A stretch of DNA of 64,000 nucleotides, taken from Escherichia phage nepoznato. A model generated the notes under the pieces. The model was not told the DNA's origin. It saw only the letters and a program-made list of their open reading frames with translations, and did not search any database. The number at the start of each line of letters is the position of its first letter. The first letter of the stretch is position 1. Of the stretch, positions 43,342-52,551 are shown piece after piece. The stretch is taken from sequence record NC_052658.1; one strand, 5' to 3'. The translations under genes and the position numbers were made by a program.

Positions 43342-44519
43342 GTTTCCTCCTGTAATGTTCCACCATAAAGTTTATAAATGTTTTGTATTGATGCCATGCA
43401 AGATAACTCCGCTGTCTCTGTGTAGCCATCTGGCATAGCATATTTGCTCACTGCTTCCGTGTGAAGGACACGCTTACAACGCTTTTCTGCATCTTTGCAT
43501 TGCTTCACAGTAGGGAAGTGCCACACTTGGCCCTGTTTCATAGTAAACACATTACGACTATTTTGTTCTTTGATACGGCGATTACTATTATTAGCAATAC
43601 CAAACTTCAGTGCACAGATAATATCTTGCTCATCGTAAATATAATTAATGTAGGCTTGTTGTTGATTTTTGTTAGCACACTGCGGACAACCTTGTCCTAT
43701 GTTTAAAAGGTTGTTTGCAGTTCCTTTTTGTTCCCCATGACTCTTACATACATATTTAAACTTACCTATAGAAGATGGTTTGGTAATCCATCCTATCCAA
43801 ACATACCCTTTCTTTTCTATTTTCTTTCTTACTTTATACGTAATCTGTTCCGCTGTATACCTATAAGATGCAGAGCAACGGCAGGGTAAGTGTCCATATT
43901 TAAGATTGCTACGCGTCATATAAAACTTACCATCACATAGTCCAGCTTTAACATATTCATCATGAGAACAAACAGGACACTGAACCATCCATACCGGATC
44001 ACACCCTTTACGTTCCCCCGTGTTGGTGAAAATAGTGCCTTCCTTAAACTTCCCTGTAGAAAAGAAATCTGCAATATGTTGATCGTCGGGTATTGTTTGT
44101 GACCTCCTTGTGTTCTCATACCTACATATAAGACAACCACTGCCATGTTTAAAACTATCAAAACTACATGTATTCCATTCATGACCATACCTACAACGTA
44201 GCATCATTTTCGTACGCGCACCTTTAAACGGTTCTACGATACCTATGATGGTAATCCCCTTAGCTTCCGCTATTGGTTTACATTCAGTAAGGTATGTTTT
44301 TAAATCTTTAATTTGACCTGCACACATAGGACAACCACTACCACGTTTAAAACTGTTAATACTTGTAGTATCCCATTTATAACCACAATGACACAACAAA
44401 TCAAGTTTTGTATTAACCCCTTTCCATTCTCCCGTCCATCCTAAGATTTGGATTTGCTTACTCTCTGCTATGGGTTGACACTCTTCTTTATATTGTTCCC
44501 ATGATTTTGGTGCTGCCAT
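43335..44519 (-). CDS. Cys-rich protein with three tandem zinc-ribbon-like repeats
   Basis: Three repeats of GW.G......L.C.CG..W.T....F..GSGC..C in 394 aa; function unknown, possibly nuclease-associated. Confidence 0.5.
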   Translation of the reverse strand: MAAPKSWEQYKEECQPIAESKQIQILGWTGEWKGVNTKLDLLCHCGYKWDTTSINSFKRGSGCPMCAGQIKDLKTYLTECKPIAEAKGITIIGIVEPFKGARTKMMLRCRYGHEWNTCSFDSFKHGSGCLICRYENTRRSQTIPDDQHIADFFSTGKFKEGTIFTNTGERKGCDPVWMVQCPVCSHDEYVKAGLCDGKFYMTRSNLKYGHLPCRCSASYRYTAEQITYKVRKKIEKKGYVWIGWITKPSSIGKFKYVCKSHGEQKGTANNLLNIGQGCPQCANKNQQQAYINYIYDEQDIICALKFGIANNSNRRIKEQNSRNVFTMKQGQVWHFPTVKQCKDAEKRCKRVLHTEAVSKYAMPDGYTETAELSCMASIQNIYKLYGGTLQEETC

Positions 44520-44554
44520 CTGTTGCTCCTCTTATTAATCTGATATCCATACAA

Positions 44555-44580
44555 GAGAAAACCCGCCGAAGCGGGTTTAA
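44555..44580 (-). terminator. intrinsic terminator (minus strand)
   Basis: On minus strand AACCCGC-UUCG-GCGGGUU followed by UUCUC. Confidence 0.5.
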
Positions 44581-44594
44581 TAAATCTCAACTTA

Positions 44595-45734
44595 TTAGAA
44601 CACGCTACCTAATGTGGTGGAACGTTGTGTTACAGGCTCCAGCACCACTCGCAGAGTGTTTCCTGGTGTAGTGCTCATCACCAGAATCTTACCACCTTCA
44701 ATCAGATCACAAGTTAGACCATCAGCAGTTGCACACAGATCAATATGTGGGTCGCCATCTTCATCCAGGATAACATAACTGTTGGTTTCCATTGCTTCCA
44801 CTTCATCATCTTTCAAACTTTGCAGATAGATGTTCAGGGAACAAGCACCCGACAAAAACTTAGTAGGGGTGAAGTCGTGCCAGTTATTGATCCAATTCAC
44901 CTTCAGGGTTTTGCCATTAGCTACGATAGAAGCCACATTCCATTTAGCATCGTTGCCTAAAGAAATACCCATCATTTCCAGACATTCTTTAAAAGTCATT
45001 TTTGGATAGAAATTCAATTCTTCTACAATACCTTGAATAACATCAAAAGACAACTCTGTGCTAACATCCCATAAACGTTGGAAGTTATCTACGTGTTTTT
45101 TATTTACCAAGTTCTTATCCAAGTAATCTAACATAGTTTCACTAGACAGTTTATCGTAATTGAAACTGTAATAGATACGACTAGGACGGTTTACAAAATA
45201 TTCCGAGATATAGCCACTATTTTTAGTGAGGATGTAAAGTTTATTTCCACTTCCTGTTCCATCCAACAAGGTCAACAGTGCTTCCTGATCTTCTTTCTTA
45301 GCGTACACTTTATCAAATTCGTCAAATAAAACAACAGCACGATCTGTAATTTTACTCATAAATTCTAAGAAGCCAGCATCTGTGTAAGGCTGTGTAACCA
45401 AAATGGTTGGAATACCTAAACCTTCTGTGGACATTAGAGACATGCTAATCAGTTTAGCTAACATCGTCTTACCACTGCCCTTTGTCCCTGTCAGTAACAC
45501 CCCAGTATTTTTACCTTCTTTACTACGACGAGCAAATGTTTTAATAACATGTGCGGCGCGGTCTTTAGTTTCCCCATAAAGAGTGTTCGGAAGAGAGAAA
45601 CTTTCGCCACGCACTAAAGAGTAGTTACCGTGCGGATCGCAGTTGACAACCCAAACTCCAGCAGGAAGTTTATTAGCTTCAACACCATATTCCTTATTTA
45701 CAACAGCCACATCTCCAAAAATAGTGTATTTCAT
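44595..45734 (-). CDS. AAA-type ATPase
   Basis: Walker A GTKGSGKT, Walker B VLFDEFDK. Confidence 0.6.
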   Translation of the reverse strand: MKYTIFGDVAVVNKEYGVEANKLPAGVWVVNCDPHGNYSLVRGESFSLPNTLYGETKDRAAHVIKTFARRSKEGKNTGVLLTGTKGSGKTMLAKLISMSLMSTEGLGIPTILVTQPYTDAGFLEFMSKITDRAVVLFDEFDKVYAKKEDQEALLTLLDGTGSGNKLYILTKNSGYISEYFVNRPSRIYYSFNYDKLSSETMLDYLDKNLVNKKHVDNFQRLWDVSTELSFDVIQGIVEELNFYPKMTFKECLEMMGISLGNDAKWNVASIVANGKTLKVNWINNWHDFTPTKFLSGACSLNIYLQSLKDDEVEAMETNSYVILDEDGDPHIDLCATADGLTCDLIEGGKILVMSTTPGNTLRVVLEPVTQRSTTLGSVF

Positions 45735-46090
45735 TAGAACGTTTCTCCTTTTAAAATAATTACTGTAAACTTTGCAGTTTTTTCACTCTTAATATTCTTG
45801 ATTAATAAGTACTCTCCTCCAGGTGCATCTTTGTATTGTTTAATAGCTACTATTTCATTTTTGCAAGTAGCTATAATCGAATAAAAAGGACGTTCCGTGT
45901 TATCTTCTTTTCCTGTATATGCCTCAACATCTTTGCACTCTTCTAGAACACCATTCCCAGGTGTATAGTAAAACTTGTTGCCTGTGATCACAACATCTTT
46001 ACCAATATCCGTTTTAACTGCTACAAATTTTTGAGCGTAAGTGGTGAAGCTTACGGTAGCCAGCAATGTGGCTAAGATTAATTTTTTCAT
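45734..46090 (-). CDS. secreted or lipoprotein-like protein
   Basis: Start moved to ATG after GGAGGG; signal peptide MKKLILATLLATVSFTTYA. Confidence 0.5.
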   Translation of the reverse strand: MKKLILATLLATVSFTTYAQKFVAVKTDIGKDVVITGNKFYYTPGNGVLEECKDVEAYTGKEDNTERPFYSIIATCKNEIVAIKQYKDAPGGEYLLIKNIKSEKTAKFTVIILKGETF

Positions 46091-46104
46091 AAACTTCCCT
46101 CCTA

Positions 46105-46269
46105 TTCCCACAACATACAAATCGCAGCGACAAACATGTTAGCAACAGCCGCACCAAGAACTATAAACATCGCCAGTTCAGAAAAATATTCACCAACCAG
46201 AGGGGATACTATTGCACAGAGTAGTCCCAATGTCAAACACAAGTTGATGATGAAGTTTAAAATCATATT
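46105..46269 (-). CDS. small membrane protein (about 54 aa)
   Basis: MILNFIINLCLTLGLLCAIVSPLV...; below track cutoff; approximate. Confidence 0.3.
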
Positions 46270-46275
46270 CTCTCC

Positions 46276-46467
46276 TTACAACCAACCCTTTGCCTGGTAG
46301 CCTTTAGAAAATCCATCTTCCCATTCTTCGAATTCCTTTTTGTGTGTCTTTGGACAATATGGATTTACTTTATTAAACATACCAAACTTGAACCCTGCGG
46401 TATACCCCTTCTTAAAAGCTATTGATTCTAAAGAGATCATATTCTTTCTCCTCTTAGAACTCGACAA
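46276..46467 (-). CDS. hypothetical protein
   Basis: 63-aa ORF. Confidence 0.45.
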   Translation of the reverse strand: MSSSKRRKNMISLESIAFKKGYTAGFKFGMFNKVNPYCPKTHKKEFEEWEDGFSKGYQAKGWL

Positions 46468-46705
46468 TGATTTTGTCTAAGTGTTCTGCTTCAACTTGGG
46501 ATAATGTTAACACCTGCACCAAACCTCTGTCAATACCAATTTTAATGACTTGCAAATAATCACCAAAAAGATCTGATAAAGAAATAGCATGTTCCGTAAC
46601 TACAATAACTTCATTACCTTTAGTGTATTCTTTCCACACCCGACCACATTTATAAATGTAATCTTTTTGATCTTCAGTAATCATTTTAGGTTTGATACTT
46701 AGCAT
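46454..46705 (-). CDS. hypothetical protein
   Basis: 83-aa ORF. Confidence 0.45.
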   Translation of the reverse strand: MLSIKPKMITEDQKDYIYKCGRVWKEYTKGNEVIVVTEHAISLSDLFGDYLQVIKIGIDRGLVQVLTLSQVEAEHLDKIIVEF

Positions 46706-47043
46706 TAAAGACTCCCGTATTCTGGTTCAATATTATGTTTACGACAAATAGTATCCCAACGTTCATTACCAAAACTTCTTCCATGTAGAGCGTTAAATGC
46801 GAAATGCTCTGCCAACCACAATACTACATCATCAGGATCTGTGTCAAGTGGAATCCTAAACTCTCGGTCATAACGCATACGCAGAATAAAATCCTTATCA
46901 TCTTCAAGGAGATACATGTGGCTTTTAGCCCGTGATGCCAAATCAAAGAAAGGAGGCTCATCTTTCCAAATGTGACGCTCAACTTCAACACCATGATCAA
47001 CTACCAGAGTAGCGATCACCTCTCTCATCTCTTTACTAAACAT
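46705..47043 (-). CDS. hypothetical protein
   Basis: 112-aa ORF. Confidence 0.45.
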   Translation of the reverse strand: MFSKEMREVIATLVVDHGVEVERHIWKDEPPFFDLASRAKSHMYLLEDDKDFILRMRYDREFRIPLDTDPDDVVLWLAEHFAFNALHGRSFGNERWDTICRKHNIEPEYGSL

Positions 47044-47044
47044 A

Positions 47045-47296
47045 TTAAAGCCCTCCTAATTTAATGGTCCACTCGACACCTGTTGGGTAACTTCCACGGC
47101 AAATCTTACCATCAGAATGCCAGTTGATACTGTCAGGAAAGGTGTGGTTGACTACTTTTTCATGTGGAAGCCAAGCCGTAGGCTTCTCTCCGCCGTTGAT
47201 CCACACAAAACCTGCATCTTCGAGAAGTTCAAGTGCAAATTCCATATCTTTTGCGTCGTATACCGTCATCTTTTGACCTTTTTGGAACTGAATCAT
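47045..47296 (-). CDS. hypothetical protein
   Basis: 83-aa ORF. Confidence 0.45.
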   Translation of the reverse strand: MIQFQKGQKMTVYDAKDMEFALELLEDAGFVWINGGEKPTAWLPHEKVVNHTFPDSINWHSDGKICRGSYPTGVEWTIKLGGL

Positions 47297-47308
47297 ATTA
47301 CCCCCCTA

Positions 47309-47497
47309 TTAACCAATTAGTTCAACTGCTTTGCAGATGTAGATCCAAACCGGAGTGAGCATAAGAGCTATACCAAATACACAATTCCACTTGATTCCCA
47401 TTTCCTCTATTAGAGACATGATTAAGCCAACAGCACTAATAATCAGATAGATCCCTAAGAAAGCCATTGTGAAGAATTCAGACATATTTAGCTCCAA
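47309..47497 (-). CDS. small membrane protein
   Basis: 62 aa, two hydrophobic segments. Confidence 0.45.
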   Translation of the reverse strand: MELNMSEFFTMAFLGIYLIISAVGLIMSLIEEMGIKWNCVFGIALMLTPVWIYICKAVELIG

Positions 47498-47847
47498 AGA
47501 TTATCAAAATAACTAGCGAATAAAAGACGGCCCTCTAACCGTGCCTTCCTTTGATCTTCAGCATACACGATTTCTGGATTACCACTATCAATAAAAGCAT
47601 TCTCCATCTTTTCTAAAATATTTAACCACTCTCTTCTACCTGTCTCCTCTTCTTCATCTGTATACGGCGCACTTCTATTTGGATACAAAACACGCATCAG
47701 TTTAGTGGGGATCATGACAAACGTGCTATTGTTTGCCTTCTCACGGAAGGCTTTAATTCCTGCATAGATTACCTTCCCCAAAACTGCATCCAAATCCATC
47801 AAGTCACTTTCTTCTATTTGAATTTCGTCGTGTACAATTTTCATCAT
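47488..47847 (-). CDS. hypothetical protein
   Basis: 119-aa ORF. Confidence 0.45.
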   Translation of the reverse strand: MMKIVHDEIQIEESDLMDLDAVLGKVIYAGIKAFREKANNSTFVMIPTKLMRVLYPNRSAPYTDEEEETGRREWLNILEKMENAFIDSGNPEIVYAEDQRKARLEGRLLFASYFDNLWS

Positions 47848-48128
47848 GCCTTCTCCCGATCTGCATCTAATTTCGACAAGAAAGCTGTATACTCTTCCGA
47901 ACCTTGGTGTAAAAACATGCGATAAGAGCTTACCAGTTTCTTGGTCGTTGTATAACGTTCCATTTCCCCAACAACACCTCCACCTAGTGTGTAGAGCACA
48001 ATACCTTCAACTCCAACATGGGTTACTACTTCAACCAAATCTGTGTTATCCCAATGGTAGTTAGGTGACACAATAAGATCGCCAACTGTCAGTTTAATGT
48101 TTGCTGCTTCGTCTTGTGAATAATACAT
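47844..48128 (-). CDS. hypothetical protein
   Basis: 94-aa ORF. Confidence 0.45.
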   Translation of the reverse strand: MYYSQDEAANIKLTVGDLIVSPNYHWDNTDLVEVVTHVGVEGIVLYTLGGGVVGEMERYTTTKKLVSSYRMFLHQGSEEYTAFLSKLDADREKA

Positions 48129-48140
48129 TTTGTTCTCCTC

Positions 48141-48434
48141 TCACATTAAGACACGTTTTGTATCGATGGGTGCATTATCAAACATGTTAAGAACATTGTC
48201 AAGCAGTTTTACTAATTCATTTGTAATTTGTTCTTTTGAACGGGAGGAAGTGAGCACTTTGCTTTCACCAACGATATGCATAACTTTTATAGGGGCATCT
48301 AAAATAATGTTGTGTTGACGATCCTCTTCAAAAGAAGCCAACCATTTCTCATTGTTACCGTGCAAGGCTACAATCACACCAAAACCGTTAATTGTTTCAG
48401 AAATATTCTTAGTTGCTAAAGTAATGTTCATCAT
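48141..48434 (-). CDS. hypothetical protein
   Basis: 97-aa ORF, first gene of minus block. Confidence 0.45.
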   Translation of the reverse strand: MMNITLATKNISETINGFGVIVALHGNNEKWLASFEEDRQHNIILDAPIKVMHIVGESKVLTSSRSKEQITNELVKLLDNVLNMFDNAPIDTKRVLM

Positions 48435-48490
48435 CTACCTCTCTTGTTAATGTTCATACATGATACCTGAAAATAATTTCAGATCAAGTA

Positions 48491-48518
48491 TTGACATACT
48501 TTTTAATCTTGTTAAGAT
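48491..48518 (+). promoter_or_regulatory. sigma70-type promoter for plus block
   Basis: TTGACA, 16 bp, TAAGAT, upstream of RBS AAGGAG and ATG 48549. Confidence 0.55.
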
Positions 48519-48548
48519 CAACTCCTACCAAACAAAAGGAGAAAACAA

Positions 48549-48992
48549 ATGCAAAACATCCAAAACATCAAACTAACTTGGCCCGAAGCTAAAGAAGCAA
48601 TGAAGGAAGGTAGACGTGTTGAGCACCGCCATTTTTGTGGTGGCGAATGGTTTGAGATGCGAGATGGTGTTATTCTCGACGAACAAGGTTATAACATGGA
48701 AACTTGGTTCAGAGGGGAAGCTTGGCAGGAAGAGGGTTGGTCTGTAATTGAAAAAGAAGACAGTAAGGAAGAAGGCGTGTTGTCTAATGTAGAACGCAAG
48801 ATGAGGGAAACAAAGATACCTGCTTTGGATTTTGTATACCTGGAAGAACTTGTGGCAGCATCTTTTGTAGCAGGAAATCTTTGGAATACACCTGTTAGCC
48901 GACTGGAGAACCAAAATAACCCATCTGCTCGTAATCACAAGCTTTATAAGGGTAAAGGTCACAACAAATTAAAGAAAGGAAAGAAGAAATGA
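48549..48992 (+). CDS. DUF2829-like protein (Tad2-like candidate) with basic C-terminal tail
   Basis: N-terminal LTWPEAKEAMKEGRRVEHRHF..W resembles the DUF2829 signature; C-terminal K-rich tail. Confidence 0.45.
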   Translation: MQNIQNIKLTWPEAKEAMKEGRRVEHRHFCGGEWFEMRDGVILDEQGYNMETWFRGEAWQEEGWSVIEKEDSKEEGVLSNVERKMRETKIPALDFVYLEELVAASFVAGNLWNTPVSRLENQNNPSARNHKLYKGKGHNKLKKGKKK

Positions 48993-49138
48993 TCTACAAA
49001 AACAAGTTCACTGGTTGTCTCCGTAAATTTATCAATAAGAAAGGGTATGTTTCTCTTGACAAGGGTGTTACGTGGGTGCAAAATGGCACTTCAGAACAAC
49101 TGATCAAGGCTTTACCTTACTATGAGGAGGTTTTATGA
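48989..49138 (+). CDS. small hypothetical protein (about 49 aa)
   Basis: MIYKNKFTGCLRKFINKKGY...; below track cutoff; approximate. Confidence 0.3.
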   Translation: MIYKNKFTGCLRKFINKKGYVSLDKGVTWVQNGTSEQLIKALPYYEEVL

Positions 49139-49395
49139 CACTTTATCACGTAACTACAGAAGGCGACTGTGAAGGCCGCACTACAAAAGATTTGGGGTAT
49201 GTTGAAGCAGATTCACCTGAACATGCTATCAAATACCTGCATTCCATTGGGAAGTATGCGGGTTATGAGTATACTATCTACGAGGTTGAAATTATTAACC
49301 TTATACAAGTGGCAACTCCTATGGCAGAGTTGAAACATCTTAAGGCAAAAGTAAGACCTGGTATAGTGTCCGATTACAAAGGGGAAGTAAAGTGA
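49135..49395 (+). CDS. hypothetical protein
   Basis: 86-aa ORF with RBS GAGGAGG. Confidence 0.45.
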   Translation: MTLYHVTTEGDCEGRTTKDLGYVEADSPEHAIKYLHSIGKYAGYEYTIYEVEIINLIQVATPMAELKHLKAKVRPGIVSDYKGEVK

Positions 49396-49604
49396 GTGGA
49401 TGGATTAAAGTATCTGGTACCGAGGATGTTCCTATCGGAGAGTGGCTTGTAATCATGGCAAACGGCAAGAAGGGATTCTGTGAAGTTAACAAAACACGCA
49501 ATGGCACGATAGCTGTTATCAATGGTCATTTTTATTTTGACTTGGCACCTGTGATCGCATACCATGCACTACCAACATATGAAGAGGAGATTAACAATGG
49601 CTAA
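49392..49604 (+). CDS. hypothetical protein
   Basis: 70-aa ORF. Confidence 0.45.
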   Translation: MSGWIKVSGTEDVPIGEWLVIMANGKKGFCEVNKTRNGTIAVINGHFYFDLAPVIAYHALPTYEEEINNG

Positions 49605-49914
49605 CAAAGAACCACATGTATATACTGCACTGGTAAAGCACTTGAACAAAGAACGTAACAGGATCATTGCAGATTATCGTAAATTTAAACGTAGTAGTCT
49701 AAATCGTAAATACATGCCACATGCAGCTTTTGACGCTACACGTGCAGTATTTCGTGCAAAGATTGCGGAAATGGATAATCTGCTTAAGCTTGCACGATTA
49801 TCTATTCATGCATCCAAAGTAACAGGAGTCACTCACTTCTTTGACTTCGATACTAAAGCACTATATGCACCAGAAGCAGGTGAACAATTGATTTATCTAC
49901 TTACCAAAAAATAA
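49597..49914 (+). CDS. hypothetical protein
   Basis: Track ORF 49564-49914; start moved to ATG after GAGGAG. Confidence 0.45.
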   Translation: MANKEPHVYTALVKHLNKERNRIIADYRKFKRSSLNRKYMPHAAFDATRAVFRAKIAEMDNLLKLARLSIHASKVTGVTHFFDFDTKALYAPEAGEQLIYLLTKK

Positions 49915-49917
49915 GTG

Positions 49918-49980
49918 TTGACTTTTTTCAAAAAATATGCTACCCTAACCCCGAAGGGTCGAGCGATAGCGAGTATAGAT
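49918..49980 (+). promoter_or_regulatory. conserved promoter-like element, copy B (TTGACT, 17 bp, TGnTACCCT, then CGAGCGATAGCGAGTA box)
   Basis: Near-identical to copy A at 18776. Confidence 0.45.
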
Positions 49981-50090
49981 TATGTAATAGATTAATCTCT
50001 ATCGTTAGATGTTCGAAGAACAGAGATTTAAGTACTTGTTCTTATCGGTAGATGATCGTAAGATCAAGAACAATAATAGGAGAGTGTGTT

Positions 50091-50288
50091 ATGTTAGTCA
50101 GTGAAATACTACCTGACTCTAATGGTAATCAGATCACTATTGATTGGTTTCCTGGTACTGGTACACTAGATCTAACTGCTGAATGGTCTGGTGATATTTA
50201 TGGAGAAGGTGTATTATCATTGTCTACAGAACAAATGATCATCCTTCGTGACTTCTTAATTAGTTTAGATCTAGGAGAAAACAAATGA
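50091..50288 (+). CDS. hypothetical protein
   Basis: Track ORF 50052-50288; start moved to ATG after GGAGAG. Confidence 0.4.
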   Translation: MLVSEILPDSNGNQITIDWFPGTGTLDLTAEWSGDIYGEGVLSLSTEQMIILRDFLISLDLGENK

Positions 50289-50554
50289 GTAAGACTTCTA
50301 TCGAGTTTATCGAGAAATCCCCTGTTCCAAAATTATATCGTTTAGATGAAATTGAACCTATGTCTGTTTTCTACTACTACGATTCAGAAGTAAGTGAACA
50401 AGAACGGGACTACTACTTAGCTACAGATACAGGTGCAGTGTGCTTAACAGGTTCTCGTGCAGGAGAATACATTGTGACTAGTCGTTTTAATGAAGCAGAC
50501 TACTGTTGGGCTAAGGTTGAAACTAAGATTGTCATCAACATCACCAATCATTAA
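50285..50554 (+). CDS. hypothetical protein
   Basis: 89-aa ORF. Confidence 0.45.
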   Translation: MSKTSIEFIEKSPVPKLYRLDEIEPMSVFYYYDSEVSEQERDYYLATDTGAVCLTGSRAGEYIVTSRFNEADYCWAKVETKIVINITNH

Positions 50555-50576
50555 GACTAATCTGATAAAGAGCTAC

Positions 50577-50606
50577 TTGACATGTGCAAAGCTCTTTGTG
50601 TAGAAT
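50577..50606 (+). promoter_or_regulatory. sigma70-type promoter
   Basis: TTGACA, 18 bp, TAGAAT, followed by RBS AAGGAG and ATG 50637. Confidence 0.4.
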
Positions 50607-50636
50607 AAAGATTCACTTACTAAGGAGATTTTATAA

Positions 50637-50834
50637 ATGGCTACAAAGAAACAGAAAATGAAATGTCTTACTCTCACTGAACTGGGTCAAGCTTCCAACT
50701 GCGTTACTGTTGGTAAGATTTATTCTACAGTTCTTGATAAAGACAACAACAGTTTTACTTTCAAAGATGATAACGGAAACCCTCAAGTTGGAATCTACCC
50801 TTCCTGTGCTTTTGGTACTTGGGAAAAAGTGTAA
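50637..50834 (+). CDS. hypothetical protein
   Basis: 65-aa ORF. Confidence 0.45.
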   Translation: MATKKQKMKCLTLTELGQASNCVTVGKIYSTVLDKDNNSFTFKDDNGNPQVGIYPSCAFGTWEKV

Positions 50835-50877
50835 CTAATTAGAGGGTATACTTGTAAATAAGATTAAGGAGGCATTT

Positions 50878-51051
50878 ATGGGAGATAAACAAAGTAACAT
50901 CCGTTACGCTCTTTATGGAAGAATGGGTGCAGATTGTGAATGGATGCTTCTGTCGCAACGTATACCCTCTTACAAAGAGGCTCTTGCGAAAAGAGAACAC
51001 TACAAGCAAACTTGGCGTTTGGTCATCTGTAAGGCTTATGAGGAGGCATAA
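50878..51051 (+). CDS. small hypothetical protein (about 57 aa)
   Basis: MGDKQSNIRYALYGRMGADCEW...; RBS AAGGAGG; below track cutoff; approximate. Confidence 0.35.
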   Translation: MGDKQSNIRYALYGRMGADCEWMLLSQRIPSYKEALAKREHYKQTWRLVICKAYEEA

Positions 51052-51359
51052 TGAGCACATTAACGAAAGCAGTGGAAGTTCACCAGGCATACGAAGAAGC
51101 TGTTAAGGATCATCCAAACCCTTCTTCACTGGTATTTGAAGACTTAAGCCAATACAAGTGGTGTGAAACTCATGATGAAGTCTACTTTTGGAATCCTCCT
51201 AGTTGCGAAGGTAATGTTCATCTGTATAGCTACGAATTGGAATACCGACATGCTGTAGATGAAGATGATAACTACATCATGTTCTACATCAACGATGGGT
51301 GTGGTAGCCAGTGGCACGTTGTCTTCGACAAAAACAAAAAGTCTGACGAGGAGATGTAA
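51051..51359 (+). CDS. hypothetical protein
   Basis: 102-aa ORF. Confidence 0.45.
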   Translation: MSTLTKAVEVHQAYEEAVKDHPNPSSLVFEDLSQYKWCETHDEVYFWNPPSCEGNVHLYSYELEYRHAVDEDDNYIMFYINDGCGSQWHVVFDKNKKSDEEM

Positions 51360-51718
51360 TGAAAAAGTTGCTATTTGTCCTAATGTTGGCGGTGTCTGTC
51401 AGTGCTTCTGCTCGTGACGGCTTCAAGGTTGGGGCAGATCGCACTAAATTCTTCACATGGTTCGGAGGTGAAGCACTTTACCAAGATGGTAAAGATAAAA
51501 TAAAATGTAAGTATGTAGAAACATTAAAAGGTGTGGATGATTGGGGTGATGCTTATCAAGCAACAGGCTTCTCTTGTAAGAAACACCTTTACATTGTAGT
51601 AAAAGAGTTTCAAGATATAAATAAACAACTTTTTATTTTAGTAGATCCTAGCAAATTTGATGAACGGACAGCTTATGAAGTTGACATGTTCTTAGAATAC
51701 AAGAAGGAGGAAAAATGA
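51359..51718 (+). CDS. secreted protein
   Basis: Signal peptide MKKLLFVLMLAVSVSASA. Confidence 0.5.
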   Translation: MKKLLFVLMLAVSVSASARDGFKVGADRTKFFTWFGGEALYQDGKDKIKCKYVETLKGVDDWGDAYQATGFSCKKHLYIVVKEFQDINKQLFILVDPSKFDERTAYEVDMFLEYKKEEK

Positions 51719-52077
51719 GAGAAACGATTGTAGATGTTGTTATTAATGGTCAACGTTATGTGCCTGTTGTAGAGAAAGCTGAACCAGACGCTTTAGATGT
51801 TGTTTTTGAAGACGATGATCTTGGAACTGTTACTGTGCGTGAATATTTCAGACGACTGCTCTCTACACTTTGGGAAGAAGAAGACAGTTTCAGTGGAAAA
51901 CGCCCTTTCGGTAACTCTTGCTGGCAGTTCGATTTGATTATTGGTTTGATCGATGCTGGGTACCTGGAAGGTAAAGTTTATCGTGACGAAGATGGTGGTA
52001 TAGAAGATACCGACTATGATCGTGAAGAAGCAGATAAACTCATCCAGGGTCTGATCGCACGTATGTGTTTAGGTTAA
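51715..52077 (+). CDS. hypothetical acidic protein
   Basis: 120-aa ORF. Confidence 0.45.
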   Translation: MRETIVDVVINGQRYVPVVEKAEPDALDVVFEDDDLGTVTVREYFRRLLSTLWEEEDSFSGKRPFGNSCWQFDLIIGLIDAGYLEGKVYRDEDGGIEDTDYDREEADKLIQGLIARMCLG

Positions 52078-52190
52078 ATAGTGAAGGGTATAGTCATGCA
52101 GGGATTGGTAAGGTTCTAAACAGATCTCGCAACTCTGTATCCCACAGGTTAATGCGAAATAAGGTCAACACAAAATAAGAGGAGAATTTT

Positions 52191-52544
52191 TTGAAAAATA
52201 TTATTGATGTAGATGTGTTTGGTATCACAACACTACAAGACAAACAAGCAACATTGTATTACCATAAAAAAGAGGACCAAGCTTACATCTACATCGGGGC
52301 AGAAAAGTTTGGTGTCGGAGATATGGTTTTAAATGTCGAAGGAGATCTTCCTTTAGAACAAAAGTTGAAAGTTTTTCGTTTCACAGGAGATGTTAAACTA
52401 GACGGCGTTATCGCAATCCTACAAGAAGACCATTATTACATGGTAACTTTCGTTACTCCTGCTTTCTCTGGCCTTAATGGAGAAGAAGCTCTTAACGATG
52501 TTATTATCTTAAAGATTGGTAATGCTCTAAACGATGTAAACTAA
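52191..52544 (+). CDS. hypothetical protein
   Basis: 117-aa ORF. Confidence 0.45.
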   Translation: MKNIIDVDVFGITTLQDKQATLYYHKKEDQAYIYIGAEKFGVGDMVLNVEGDLPLEQKLKVFRFTGDVKLDGVIAILQEDHYYMVTFVTPAFSGLNGEEALNDVIILKIGNALNDVN

Positions 52545-52551
52545 AGGGGGA

